From Raillietiella orientalis (lineage: Eukaryota), in assembly GCA_036172245.1 (NCBI GenBank), contig JAYWIR010000019.1, forward strand, positions 558,001 to 622,000: DNA of 64,000 bases, written 5' to 3'. Shown piece by piece: positions 1 through 13,800 of the stretch. The number at the start of each line of letters is the position of its first letter. The first letter of the stretch is position 1. A program made the position numbers and the translations under genes. The notes under the pieces are model-generated. The model was not told the DNA's origin. It made no database searches and saw only the letters and a program-made list of their open reading frames with translations.

Positions 1-200
1 GCGTCCTCCGTTTCGGAATTGTCTTCAGATACCCAGGACACACTCGAAAAACAATTCCGATCTTGGGAATTCCCTCCTTGTGGGAATCCGCAAGGGAGCC
101 GCTCCTGTTCACTTCTCTGAAGAGAACCCCGAAGGGACGCTAGAGGCACAGCGGGCCGGAGAATGGACTGAGATGGAGAACTCTACTTCCATGTGGGATC
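1..200 (+). mobile_element. Copy of the hairpin-array interspersed repeat (probably truncated by the window edge)
   Basis: Reverse complement of 83-140 (gcgtcccttcggggttctcttcagagaagtgaacaggagcggctcccttgcggattcc) matches 63641-63700 at about 90% by eye, and 60460-60517 more weakly. The 3' boundary is approximate. Confidence 0.75.
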
Positions 201-399
201 AAACTTCGGATTCCCTTTAAGTTCACTGTTTCCTGCTGCCAGAGGAGTCATCACTCGAAACGCAGCAGAAAAAGCAACGAGACGAATGACCTTTCTAGAG
301 CTAGTGGCGAAGGACAGGAGTCCCACGGCAAGAGAGGAGTCCGTCGTGACGATGCGGCGACCACCTGTGTCGTCCGAATAAGCGTGAGCACGCCGGGTG

Positions 400-1790
400 A
401 TTCCGTGAAAGAAATGGAAGCCCTCCTCCTCGATGGACAGCACTGACCTTCCACAGTCTAACGCCCAGGACGAATCCTACATTCCATTCGTGTACCTTTC
501 TTCTGTTCCCGCGACTACGCTAGTCTCAAAGGAGGGCGCATGCGTTTGGACGCCAAACGGGAGAATTTTCTGTAAGTTGGAACTAGCCGCACTTCTTTCT
601 GTTTCCTTCCTGACGCGCACGAGTTCGGCGCCATTGACGCGGCGGGCTCGTATTGTACGCAGGATGTAGATAGCGTAGTCAAGCAGTTCATGTACAGTAA
701 GCAAGCCCTGCACTGTAAAGCACCAGTAGTCCCGCTTACACCCAGCCAGCGAGCTTTTCCGCCTAGCTCAACTCCCTGTCAACAGAAGATGCGTCCGCCC
801 AACAGAATATTGCAACAGCGCTAGGCAAAGAATGTCGACAAGACTGACGAGTGATGCGGCGGGTCTCCGGCATCAATGCTGAAGGAAAGCTTCAAATCTG
901 GCGGTGACACCGGGAAGACGAAAGATGGCGTTCCACCGGCAGCAGCAAGACCGCCAGGGAAGACGTGGGAACAGCTAAGATGGGAAACAGGACGGGAGGA
1001 GGAAGAACGGCAGTCACGAGAGGTTCGCGTCGTCCCCTTTCCAAAGCCGTGTGCTGCGATCGTGCGGTGAGTAGATGCTGGCAAGCCGACGACGACGACG
1101 ACGACGAAGGATGGAGAGAGACCAGAGCGGCAAAGGATGGCGGGATACAGCACGATCGTCGAGGCAGAGTTCCGTGGGAACAGTGACGTACACTGACGGC
1201 AGGACCAGAAGAAATTCCCGATTCAAAACTGGGGAAGCAGGTTTACGGGAGAACTGGGTTTGGGAGAACGATCTTAAGAAGACGACCTTCCGCTCGCCAT
1301 CACGTCCAGAGGATTGGATTCCGGGAATCCCTTCCTCGCGCTCCATCAGATAATGAAAAGGTATCCTGTCTTAAGAGGGACTTCACGCGCGAGTCCGGAA
1401 AACGACTTGTGATGAGCCGATTGGAAGTGCTTCGAGTTTCATTCGAAGCCTTTTCTTTTCCCTCTCTCTCCATACACCTCTGAAAAGTGGATAGGAGCCA
1501 GGAACGGGATGTAGAAACACCAGGATTGAGGCTGTTTTCCGACAACCGCAGCCTGGGCATAATCATCTGGAAAAAACGCAAATCACAAAATGAAATCATT
1601 TGTCATGCATTCAGGGTCACACCAGTAAGGACTCTTTCGAGAGACCCACCACCTAAAACGGACTGGGCTCATGTCATCCATGCCCCATGTGTGAATTTCG
1701 GAAACTCGAAGAAACGTATCCCTTGGATACCCTGGCAAAACTTAGCCACCTTCCCGGAGCAAAATTGAACTCACCTTTCAGGCAAGACGG
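400..1790 (+). mobile_element. Possible highly decayed non-LTR retrotransposon (RT) remnant
   Basis: Only eroded motif traces in RT order across frames (TTLVSKEG..VWTP..RIFCKL; DGVPPAAARPP; EDDLPL; RSLGII; KKRIPWIPWQNL). No intact ORF. Confidence 0.3.
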
Positions 1791-4700
1791 CAACTGCGTG
1801 CGCAAGTGATGGGGAAGGTTCGTGGCAGGCCCATTGAAAGAACAGCACTCTGCACCGGCTATTTAAAAATCACGAGTCACTTTAAATGATACATTTTTCA
1901 TGTTGATTTCCCATTTGAGTTTCTCCCCATCTCTTTTTGAATGGCTACGACCGTCTGCAAGTAAATCATGTGAAAATCCAACTGTTTACTTTTCTCGAAA
2001 ATGGTTAAAATCCTGAGCTTATTAGAATAAAGCTATCTTCATTTTTTTTTTTTTTTTTGAAACACTTTGTATGAGATGAAATCAGTATTCATAGGAAAAT
2101 TGCATGAAACGCAGCTAAAGCTGTCATTCAATTCCAAATCAATGCCTCTGGAGCTCCCGATACTCCATAAATCGATACATTTCTTGAAAAGGGGGGGCAG
2201 GCTCCCCCCATCCCTCTCTCCGACTCCCCTCCCCTTCAAACAATTTTCCGCTGCCTCCGGTGAACTTGATTTCTACAAATTTTCAATGCTGCCTCTGCAT
2301 AAATTCTCGATTCGCTGTTCACCGTTAATGGTGAGTTGGGGTTTAAAAAAAAGCCACAAAGAAAAGAAAGAAAGAAAGAAACGATCTGAAATTCAGCTAC
2401 CTTTCCAGATTCACGGACGAGTAAATCGAAAACCCTGGAGATACCTTCGCACACAACCACATCATAAAATCTTGCTGGCTTCGAAAATCTTCTGCCTAGC
2501 AGACTCGCCGTACAGGCCAATTCCATAAAAAACACTCGGACTGTTTGCACTCGATTAGATGACCCTTCCATAATCATTAAACAAGATGATGTCGTGACGA
2601 TACCCAGAGAAGATCGCCATCCTGGGATTCAAAAAACAGAAAATGGCTGCTCGCCGGAGATAGGCTGTCCATCGGTAACTTCCGATGATCATCATTGTTG
2701 ACCCGCGCGAACTTGACGACTGCTGCGCTCCCGAAAATTACCTATTGCTCTCATCGCGTATTCCCCAGAAGCATTTATTATTATTTGGCAAATATGCAAA
2801 AAATCACAAATGTACCGTAAACGGAGCAGATATCCATCATATCAGAAAAGCAGTCTCTCTTGCCCCTTCCCCCTCTCCTCCCGTTCATCCCGCTTGCAAA
2901 AGTTTCACAGAGTTTTTTTTTTTTTTTCCTTTTTTTTGGCCATAAAATTCCGACACGCAGACGAAACGTTTTGACTTCCCCATTGCTGACTGCATTAGTT
3001 AAAAGATCGTAATTTACTTGCGGTGACGAATGCATGACTTTTTGGTATTAGCACTGATATACGTTCTTAGGTTCTAAATATTCTCGGAGAATTTTCCAGG
3101 AGACAACTAGTTCTGCCCATTCATTACATGCAAATGACCGAAACGTGTGAACACGAAACAAGGATTTTCCTTTTATTCTTGCGAAATGAAGTAATTGAAT
3201 CGATTGGGGAAAAAAGTTCTTTTTTTTTGTCCCCTTAAGTTTTAAACTCCGGGAAAAAAAGAAAAGAAGGACAATGAAAACGATTTATTACAAACTGATT
3301 CAAAATTTCATGCGAAAAGCCATTGAACACGTGTTTACAAGACAATTACGGGTTATTAATTCACGAGTGCTAAACTGTCCCAAGTCATTAAAAACATTTA
3401 ATGATTCCTGATTTCATTGAGCCTGAAAATAATTTCAGAAAAAGTATAGTGCTGAAACTGTTACAATTAGGGGTTCTCAGTCAAGAGAATAGCTCTGCTG
3501 GAAATCCAACATATTATAACCTCCCGAGGAATTTCACTTAGGATGCATGCCATTTCACCTCACCCAATTGAGATGTCAGACTCATCAGTCAGCTTTGAAA
3601 AACGAGACACGAAGGATGAGGAAGTAAAAGAATCCAGAATTGTACTGCACGGATTGGGTGCATTTTTTTTCTTCTTTTGTTGTGCAGACTCTGTTGCAAC
3701 GTTTCTTACAAGGATTTTTCTAGAAACCAGTCTCGCATTTCCCAGATGCAACAGTGGAATCGTCTCAGCATGCACAGAATAGACTCATTTAAAAAAAAAA
3801 AAGAAAACTTAGAGGCTGAGGATGGCATCCTAGGCCATCATTTCCCCGTGAGGAGTTTTGTGCTAAATTCCATAGCTTGTTATGCTGAACGTGATTGCAT
3901 TGAACTTTCGTAGGGAGACAGTAGCAGATCTCAAGGAAACTTCCAAAGGAAATAAATACGGCCGAGACATCAGCACAAAGACCTCGAATCCATGGCTTTC
4001 AGATAAGATGACCCCCACCACTTTTGTTAAGGACCTCTGGCTGCTATTGCCTCATGGTGCACTGCCAGAGATGAAGGACGTGGGTGAATCAGCGCAATGA
4101 TGATCATGACGAGATATATCACTAAGTTCCTTTGGTTTCTGGATGCTTGGTTTTGGCACCGTTTTAAAATAGACCATCTGTGATCCTTTTGATGATCTCT
4201 AGATTTTCTGAGATATCTAGAAATTCTCATTGCAATTTTACTTGGTTTGTTTTTTCTCCAATGAAAAACTGCACACTTCTGAGCAAACTTTCATTAAAAA
4301 ACTTTTCAGGTTTTTTAAGTACTTGAAGTAATCCCTTGATAAAATACTCTATCTTTAATTCAGTACTTTCTTATTAAATCAAGTTTCCATTAATACAAAC
4401 ACACTTATTCGAATCGTTTAATAAAGAATTATCCATAATCACATTATGAATAATTTGTATTTAATGGAAGCATCATTTATATCTAGACAGAAAATCCCTT
4501 CAAACAAAACAAGACAGAACTATAATTGGAAAAAAAAAGAAAAATAGAAGAGTATCATAAAGTAAACCACGAACTGTCCTTTTTCTTGATAAATACACCA
4601 ACTTTTATCAAAATATTTTCTTTATTTTTTCCATAATTCTAATTGCTGCTGTTCGTTCTCAAATTTCAAGGTTTCACTGAACCTTCATCGAACATTTATT

Positions 4701-4798
4701 CTTAAAGCAAGAAAGTGATAAGCACTACATTAATTTCAATAGACCACCATCAGTTATTACCTATCTTCATATGCTTCCATAGGAAAGGAGGATGAAAA

Positions 4799-4819
4799 AT
4801 GCAAGTGAGGATAAATCAG
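4799..4819 (+). repeat. 21-bp direct repeat, copy 1 (atgcaagtgaggataaatcag)
   Basis: Exact match to 7075-7095; the two copies bracket PSMB5. Confidence 0.9.
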
Positions 4820-5472
4820 CGCTTCTCTCTTTTATGTTGTATCTCTTCTTCATCAAGGATAGTTCCATTCCTTCATTATTGTGACTTTCCAAAACCGAAA
4901 AGCATTTAGGATGCAAGTTCCTTTTACTAAACAGCAAGATCCTGCTAATCCTACGAAATTGTAATTTGCTCCTCAGAATCTGAATGTCTTCAGAAACTTG
5001 GCAAAGCATTCATGTTATCTAAGAACATAAGTTAATGGTGATTTTTTTGTTTTCAGAAACACATTATTAAATAGCAGTAAAAATATCAAAGGGACAAAAG
5101 ATGAAATTTAAAACTGAGTATTTACATTAAAGTATTTCAAAGAAGAATTTTAGATGTAGTGAAACTATATGCCTTTATATCCATAAGATATACATATATA
5201 TATACTAATTAAGTGTAACATAATATATTACATTTACATAATAACGAGGTTAAAAGTTATCCTGTACACTCATAACACCACTTGTCTTTAAACACATAAT
5301 AATTTCATCCACATCATAACTCGAATTTACGATTTCCTAATTTCTATGTCGCTCTATCTCTGTCACTATTTGTATACCTCTTAAATAAGTACAGAGTTGT
5401 TTTTCGAAAATCACTTGGTAACTAAGGAAAGCTGCTCTCGAAAACTTTGGAAACTGATTGTGGAGCACAGCA

Positions 5473-6754
5473 ATGGCCTTTGCTAGCATTTGTGAAAAAT
5501 ACGGTGAAATCAATTATCTCAAGCACCAGAAAAATAAGGAAAATGAAAAATGTATTTCACCTGATAATCTCATTTTAAATACCCAATTGTTTATACCGCG
5601 CTTGGAAAAACCTTTAAGTGTAAGTGCCAAAAATGTACTCCCTTGATTGAACCTTTTGCAATAAGCAAGGAACAGATTTTTTATTCATTTTTTGAAGTAA
5701 ACTTATATCAGTATTTTTTTCTTTGGCGAGTTTGTATTTATTATTGCAGGTAAATTTTGAACGAGATGAATTTGGGAAGGAAGTGAAGATTCATTTAGAT
5801 CATGGTACTACAACTCTTGGTTTCAAATATCAAGGAGGTATAGTTTTAACTGTAGATTCAAGAGCTACTGGAGGGACGTTTATTGGTATGATAATTTTTC
5901 TCTAGTAAAAGGTTACCTGTAATCAAAATAATGAGTGTTCCCACAGCTACTTAAAATTAACATTTATTTTTGTCAGGGTCCCAGACTGTAAAGAAAGTAA
6001 TTGAAATAAATGATTATCTCTTGGGAACTTTGGCTGGTGGTGCAGCAGACTGTGCTTATTGGGAGCGTGTGTTGGCAAAGCAATGCCGTATATATGAACT
6101 TAAAAACAAGAAACGTATTTCTGTTGTTGCAGCATCAAAAATCTTGTCAAATATTTTGTATAGCTACAAAGGAATGGGTATTGTGATGGGAGTTATGTTA
6201 GCTGGTTATGATAAAAAAGTGAGTTTTGTTTAAGTATTAGCAAGTTATCAGCAGTAGTTCTCATTTGAAAATAATTTTTGTGTCAGTGTAAAATTAGGTC
6301 AATTACCATGTCAGCAGTTTTTTTTTTTCTCTCTCTCTCTCTCTCGTTTTAATTTGAAATCCTCTTGTAAGCTCTGACGTAAATCTGACCCATGCCAATA
6401 ATTTCTGTGTTTGAAGGGTGCTCAATTATATTATATCGACAGTGATGGAGGTCGTGCTTCAGGAACCCTGTTTTCAGTAGGATCAGGCTCCATCTATGCT
6501 TATGGTGTATTAGATGATGGATATAAATGGGAGCTAACAGATGAAGAAGCATATGAATTAGGTAGGCGCTCTGTTTACCATGCTACCCATAGAGATGCAG
6601 CAAGTGGTGGAATTATAAGAGGTAACTATGCTAGTTATGGTATATAGATTTTTATTCTTTTGTAGTATATCATATCACAGAAGCTGGCTGGAAAAAGATT
6701 TCTGAAGAAGATTGCAAGGATTTACATTATAATTATGCTAAAATGCAAAAATGA
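5473..6754 (+). CDS. PSMB5: Proteasome 20S subunit beta type-5 (chymotrypsin-like), 5 exons, 272 aa
   Basis: Exons 5473-5619, 5750-5885, 5977-6218, 6417-6621, 6666-6754 join in phase via GT-AG introns. Propeptide followed by [10 protein letters not shown] (catalytic Thr1), [41 protein letters not shown] at 6769-6774. Confidence 0.97.
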
Positions 6755-7074
6755 GGTTATTAAAAACAAATAAATTAATGGGACACGGATAATTTATTTC
6801 AACATCATATTATCACATTAATGTTAATCATTTGTTTGCAATTCATGCAAATCCCTAATGATGATTGCTTTAATGCAAGGAGAAAGCATCTCAGGTCCCA
6901 ATTTTCAAATGCTAAAATATTCAACCTAAATGAAAAGGCTAAGCTGTGGTTAAAATAAGTTTCTAAGATTTGGTAAATGCAAATCTGAATATGTTCAAAC
7001 TACATAATCATAATGCAGATTTGAAGAATTAAATCAGTTTGTTTGCTAAAGGGACAATTTACTTAGTCTGGAAT

Positions 7075-7095
7075 ATGCAAGTGAGGATAAATCAG
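7075..7095 (+). repeat. 21-bp direct repeat, copy 2
   Basis: Exact match to 4799-4819. Confidence 0.9.
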
Positions 7096-10000
7096 AAAAG
7101 ACTTGAATTTCCAAGCCTACTCTCCTTGGGAATTTTTTGTTTAGCCATGTACAAAAGAAATTTCGATACAAACTTTTATTCATTTCATTTAGTTCTTGTG
7201 GGAATGCTTTTGTGATAACAAATGCAAATGTTTGCCACGAATCTCCTGTGCTAATTAAATTTGCAGTGTTTTTGCCCTATGCTTAGGAAATATCAGTGCG
7301 AGTAACAGTATCTTGAAACAGTACAGTTGCTAACTAAAGTGACCTATGTGACCATCAAAATACAAGTGATGCGACTGACAGGACCTTGATGGAGAATGAC
7401 TATTTTTATCCCCCTATCTCTCCGATAATTAAATAGTAGGCATGTAGGGACCTTACAGGAATGTAAAACAATGGTGAAAACCAGCCAATTCAAAAGATGT
7501 CAGTGGTGCCTCAGCAGTAGGACATCAGTCATGAGCGAGTACTGCACAATTACGTTTATGAGGTCTATTATTTTGTGTTTGCACGAACATCACTTTTTTT
7601 CTTCCTCGTGTGAAAGGTGCGCAGCAATTGTGCGTTACACTTAAAAGTTGCTCATAGTTTGCCCACTGCATTTGATAAGAGAGACGAGATTTTAATTGCA
7701 TCGTTTTTATACGCTTTATAACTTCTGAAACTGCTCCACATATATTTTGGGGCTCTTAAGTTCGAATTAAGAAGTTCAGCAGAACATGAGCCTATAAATG
7801 ATCATTTGACCCTCATTCACACAAAGTTGATTGGGCGACAATTGGCAAGAATACACTCCACTGTCTTGTGCAAAAATTCATGATCTTGATGCTTCATGAG
7901 TTTAGTGCACTTGCATAAGTGAAAGGGGAAACCATGAAGTGGTTCACTTGATAATGTTTAGAAAACAGGTCACGGCAGCATTGCATGGGTTGTCGTTTTA
8001 GTCCCACGATTTCGAAAGAAACCATGCTTTCTTTCTCGAAGAAACCGAATAGCAGTCGAATGCGTCAGATGACTGAGAGTTCTACAAATTTAGCTTTGGC
8101 ACATTCTTTGCTATAGGTCCTTTATTCTGTACTCTTCAAGTATTACAGAATGCAAATGCAAGATGTATAAACTATTGAGTCACGAAGTAATGTTGGAAAT
8201 GTACTGAACAAGAAGAATGTTTGCTTGTTTTTCATTTCTTCATTCAACTCCTGGTGGTTGTTGGTATTGCATGCAAAACGTCTCGGTCGTCGATCAAGGT
8301 CTGTTGAAGATGACTTCGGTGATTTTAGCTTTTATCCTTCATGTCTGTGTAATAGTAATGTGAATACTTAATCACCAGATTTGGGAGCTTGGAGATGTAA
8401 GATAAAGAATGTTCACACCTGCAATGGTCTTCGAAACTCAATCGTTAGAGGAAAAAGCTCAAAAACTGCAGTTAGCAACCAAAAAGGAAAAAAAACACGA
8501 TTTTCAAGAAGAGCTCAAATCAAAGCGACATTTGAATTAATCCAAGAAAGCATAAGGAATCATTTGCAAATTCCACTTGCCTCGTTTCCTAATACTTAAT
8601 AATTACATAAATGCATAAGATATTATACATTTATTTTGATACAAAAATCTAAGTACATTTCCTTAATTTAGGAGACTGAATACATTAAAAAGTGACCATC
8701 ATTTGCATTAGTATATAAAATAAAATGATTTCACACACAAAGAAGCTAAAAACTCTATACTCATACTTGTGGAAGAAGGGTCCTTTTTAGAGAAAATGGA
8801 TAATATTTCGTGTGCATTGTGTACGAAAAATCTTCATACAATGATGAAATCACCTTGTCTCGTCAAAAATGTGCTGGAAATGACTGAAGCTTTTCGATGG
8901 TAGAGATCTTGGAAGTGGAAACCCATGTTATTGGAAGTCAGATTTTTCAAGTTGTTTATAACAGTTCAAAATTTCTTTACTGCGAAAGCTTTCATTACGG
9001 CAGATACACACCCTTTAATGTCAAATTTTTTGTACATATTCAGACAATTATGAATCACTTCTGTCTTCTATCCAGGATCACGCTCCTCTTTCCTTGTTTT
9101 ACTGCCTATAGAGCTAGTTAGCATATTTTTATTCTTAACTTTTTTTATGCATTCCGTACTGCATAAAGTTGTTAAAAGTTTATCATTTCAATTATTGTTT
9201 CGGCTTAAATAACACCGCAAAAAGCTCGGGTTTCAGCTCACATCTCCAATAATTCTGGATTCGTCTCTGTCATTTATTTGTTCTAGCATCAAATCTCTTT
9301 TCTCCAGTGTTTCCAAATCTTCTTGAAATTGTTTACTTCACTATGGACGATCGTCTTTTCACCTCAGAAGTTATAAAGTGTATGAAGCGGGTTTTATTAT
9401 GGGGATTTTCTGGAATCATTTAAATCAGTCGATTAGTACCAAATTATTTTTGAGGCTGAATTTCTGAACACATTTTGACAGATACAGTGGATAATAGTCG
9501 AGAAACAAAATATGCGTCTATCTTACTTCAATTGAGTAAGTGTCTAGTTCTAAAGAAACTAACCATAAGAGGTTCTTTTCACTGACTATTCCAGACTGTC
9601 ATTCCACATCGGGCAGACCGTTTTGCATAGAAATTATTATCAGCGATTTTTATGAAACGCCTTCAAAAGTTGATAGTTTGCATACCTTTTGAAGCATGAG
9701 CGGCCTGCATGCTCATATCAAATTCGAAATGCAGTCTGTAAACGTTTCTTGTTCCTCTTTTGAGAAATGGTCTCCAGATCTCATTGTATTTATTGCTAGT
9801 CTTTCCGTTAAATTTTGAAAGTTGATCCTCAAAATCACTGAGTGCACATGTCATTTTGTTAGAAGTATAGCAAGTCTATAAGTATCTAGAGCTGATAAGA
9901 TAGATTCTAAGCACTACTTTTCAAGCACGGACAAATCCTACACTGACTTGTGGCCAAATCAGTGTAGAATATAAATGCAAGCATATTAAGATGAAAATCT

Positions 10001-10807
10001 CTGCACCATCTCTTAGAACCCGATGCACCACAGTGAAGCTGATCTCATTCCCATTAATTCTTTCCGTCATTGGAACCAACTGTAGAGATCTGTTTTGATC
10101 AGTTCTCGACCCTGTATCACCGTAATATTCATACTACACAAAAACTTAAATTCGATGTATTTAATTTAAATCCTGTTGACTGAACCTCTTGGAGCTGCTA
10201 AAAGTTTTCCTGGGTTTTATTCGCGTTTCTCTACTGAACTTTCATTTTAAAACAAGATTCTGTGAATCGGATTTCCTTGATTTAAATTGTAATTAAAGCA
10301 TGGAAGTATGTGATACTTAATATATCTTCTTTAGTCATTTTCCTGTTTGCTAAATAGAAATAAGTAGTATTCTTTTAGTATAAGATTATTCCTAGATACA
10401 TCTGCAGCATTGAGATGATGGCTTTAATGAGTCCGCATTCAGCAGTTGCTAAAAGCACAGTCTTATTTTCAAAGCATATGTTTAATGTGTCAACAGAGAA
10501 TAAAGATTTCATTTTTTAAAATGAGCCTCGAAATGAGGGGAGAAAATTAGAGAGTAGAAGAATAGAAAATTTAGTACTTATAAATTTGTTAAAAATGCCG
10601 ATTTTCCCTGCCTAGCGTATACCTGGAAGTTGGTGACCCAGTAAACTCTGGATGTAATCAGTTTTAATATTGAGGTTCGATCAGCTTTCAATGTACCAGT
10701 ATAGAAGAGGACGATGTAACAAAAATTCTGATTAAATTATCTGAATTTTGATCAAAGATATAACATGAAATCGAAAGCTGCTACAATATTTTTGTGTTTA
10801 AGTAGTA

Positions 10808-13800
10808 ATGAAGGAAGTTGAAGAGATTGCAAGTAAGCTACTGTTAGTAAAGCAGCATTGCATTATTGTGTCGATATTATTGAATTCCAACTCTGATCAA
10901 GTAGTTTATCCTAGTTACTGCTAAAGGAATTCTTAAATCGTTTTCTTGTTAGAAGTTTTCTGTTAAAAAACGTAGATTGTGATACAAGTATTAGCTAAGT
11001 GTATCGTGAATGCCATCATAAATTACTTGTCCTTTTGGTTGTTTGGCGTATTTCACTTTGTTCCATTTCAGAATTGATGGTAGAAAAAGAACATGCATTA
11101 TCAAAAGGTAATTTGAATTATGTGGCATGCACTTGCAATCTTTTGGGATCTTTACTGGTGAAAACGGAGCAGTATGATGAAGCGCTTGCTGAATACACAG
11201 AAGAAATGAAAATTTATGAGCAATTAAAAGACACAATGGCTCTTGCAATCTGTAACAGGAACATTGGAGAAGTATACTGTGCAATGAATCGGTTTCCAGA
11301 GGCTTTGAACCATCAAAAAATACATTTAGGTATGTTGTATAACATTAAAGTTTATGCATTACATTTGAAAAATGTGATAATGGACTTCTTTAAACTCAGA
11401 TCAAGTTATATTGAATGTAAAACAAAAATAACTGTAAAAAATAGAAATTGAATAAGAAAACATTAATGTTTGCTTACAAGGGAGATCTGCAAAAAACAAT
11501 TGATCATCATTTGAGTCTTTTTGAACAGTTGTGCAGGTATAATTTACTTCCAATGTACCTAATAGTTCATAAAGATAGAATGACATAGAATTATAAATGA
11601 AATGCATATGACATTGAGTCATAAAGTACATGCACATTTTGTACATTAAATAGGCATGGATTTTGTATTTTAGATTTGTTGGTAATGATTTTCTGTTGAT
11701 TTCCCTTCGTATATAACATTTCTTACTAAGAGATTGCATTGCATCTTAATTTTAACTTTTACAAATCTTTGAAAGTCAATTTAACAGTAGCCCATTAACT
11801 TGGTTGATCATTTTTATGGCATAGCTTCCTTTTAAGATAACTATATATTCTTTTGAAATATTGAACTTGAAATTCCAGAATCTTCAACCCACTTGAATCC
11901 AACTAAATTATTGCTTTGGTTGCTACTCAGCTAACTGTATTCTGTTAATCTTCTAGAATTTTAATTTTTTTAAAGTTAAGATGTTTAGCTGATGCTCACT
12001 AATATTCATCAATTTGAAATAGATTTTTTTTTTTCTTTTTTGCAGTAAGTTTAGGATAAGAGAATCATCATTGCTATTTAACCTTCTCCAGAATGTTCAT
12101 ATGTTCTGTGTTCTTTCTGTTGCAAGATCAAATTGAGAAGTTTAATTCTGTTTCGAAATCTAGAACCATGCTTTATTCTCCATTCATTCTAGTAGTTTAA
12201 GAACTGGAAGCAACAAATTAGAAGTGATAGGGTTTTTAATTATGAAATTCTAAAAAAATTTCTTCAACTACTTTTCTCCATTTTAATGTAGTGCAACTTA
12301 TGATCAAAGCTCACATTAAGTTCTAGTTAATGTCTGATTAAAACTTTATGTAAATGGAAACTATATTCATGTTTTTGTTGATAGAGAAAATTATTAAAGT
12401 GTCATACATGATGAAAATACTATGGCTGCTTAAATGAGTTTATGTCAAGGAACTTGTAAATTAAGCAATTGAAATACTACTTCAATGTGAACTCAGAGTA
12501 TTCCATTATTCCTGTTTGTAATTTGTTCATTGAAAAAACACAGATGCAAATTCTCATGACAGAAATTAATTTTGAAATAACAAATAATTTTTTATTCACC
12601 AGAAACTGCCAAAGAATGTGATAACATTTTGGAGGAACAAAGAGCTTTAGCTACCATTGGAAGAACCTATTTGTGTATGTCTGAAGAATCTGGTTTTAAA
12701 AGTGGAAAAAGTTCTGATAGTTTAAAGAAAGCAAAACAAGTCTTTTCTGCTAGTCTCAATTTAATAAACAAGTAATCAGTGCAGTATTTATTGTGCATGA
12801 TTTCATACTAATATAGCTAGATTATGTGTGATGTTATAAGATTTTAAAGTGCCTTTGAAATCAAAGTGCGTATTTGGTAAATTGTGATTTGTTAGAAAGA
12901 GCATGACTTTAGGAGACGAAATACGTATTTTTAAAGATTTTTTTTTGAAGAGAATATCAGGATAGATGCAGAATTTATAAAATTCTTGCAGACTTCAATC
13001 ATGATACATCCTTACCGAAAGTTCGATTTATCAATAATAGTTATATAGTCAGTGCTGCTAGAAGTAGATAAAATCTGATAAATAAGTAAGGGTTTTAAAA
13101 GATGACTACATATGCATCAATTAGATTTTTATACATTCGTGTAAATGACGAATTCCTTTTCCTGTGTGATATGCCAAAAGTATGAGTGATTCTTTTGTGC
13201 GATGCATACCTTAATCAAGTGTGATTTTGCATCTGATACCACCTAAAATTCGTTTACTATATTGCTTGCAACCAACAAATGCAATTTTCAAACCAGAAAT
13301 TCACACTTGAATGTTTTTCTTTAAAGTATTTTAAAAAAGCAATCTTTATATAAGGTTGTTAAAACTGTTAATTCTTATTGTATCTAGGTTAGAGAAATCT
13401 GTGACAGTTAAAGAGCTGAATACCATGAAGGCAAGGTTATTTCTTAATCTTGCAATAGTCAGCATGCATAGTCAAGAATGCCAAAAGGCAGAGCAATATT
13501 TATTGAAGGTAAAGGAATGAAGTATGAGACATGAATGCTTGTGACATTGTACAAAAGGCATTTTTTTTTTTTTTTTTGCTGCGTACAAAGCTATTTGAAT
13601 GTGTGTAAATGACCTTAATGCTATGTTTTTTAGAGTATAAATATAACACTTGAGCATCATCTTTTGGAAGACAGCTGTCGTTGTTATTTGGTCATTAGTG
13701 AATTTTACTTCAGTCGAAAACTGTATACAAAAGCTCGAGAAAACATCGAAAAAGCTGTAATATCAGCTGAAAGTATTAAGGATTTCACATTACTTTATGA

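Noticed and set aside
110..145. Hammerhead ribozyme (CTGAAGA followed by a hairpin) in the hairpin-array repeat
   Set aside because: The required GAAA after stem II and an NUH cleavage triplet with stems I/III are missing in the copies at 117 and about 63660; the 60460 copy has GAAAC but a mutated CUGA. An HDV-like pseudoknot could not be built either.
3540..4230. Short ORFs upstream of PSMB5
   Set aside because: No splice-consistent model or family signature; at most an unrecognisable TE remnant.
6019..6051. PSMB5 Leu instead of Met at mature position 45 ([12 protein letters not shown])
   Set aside because: An S1-pocket residue, but as I recall Leu occurs in insect beta5 orthologues, so probably a lineage trait rather than a novelty.
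7703..9390. Inverted match atacRctttataacttctga (about 7709-7728 vs 9364-9383) as transposon TIRs
   Set aside because: Short, with no TSD and no transposase remnant recognisable between them; probably scattered MITE fragments.
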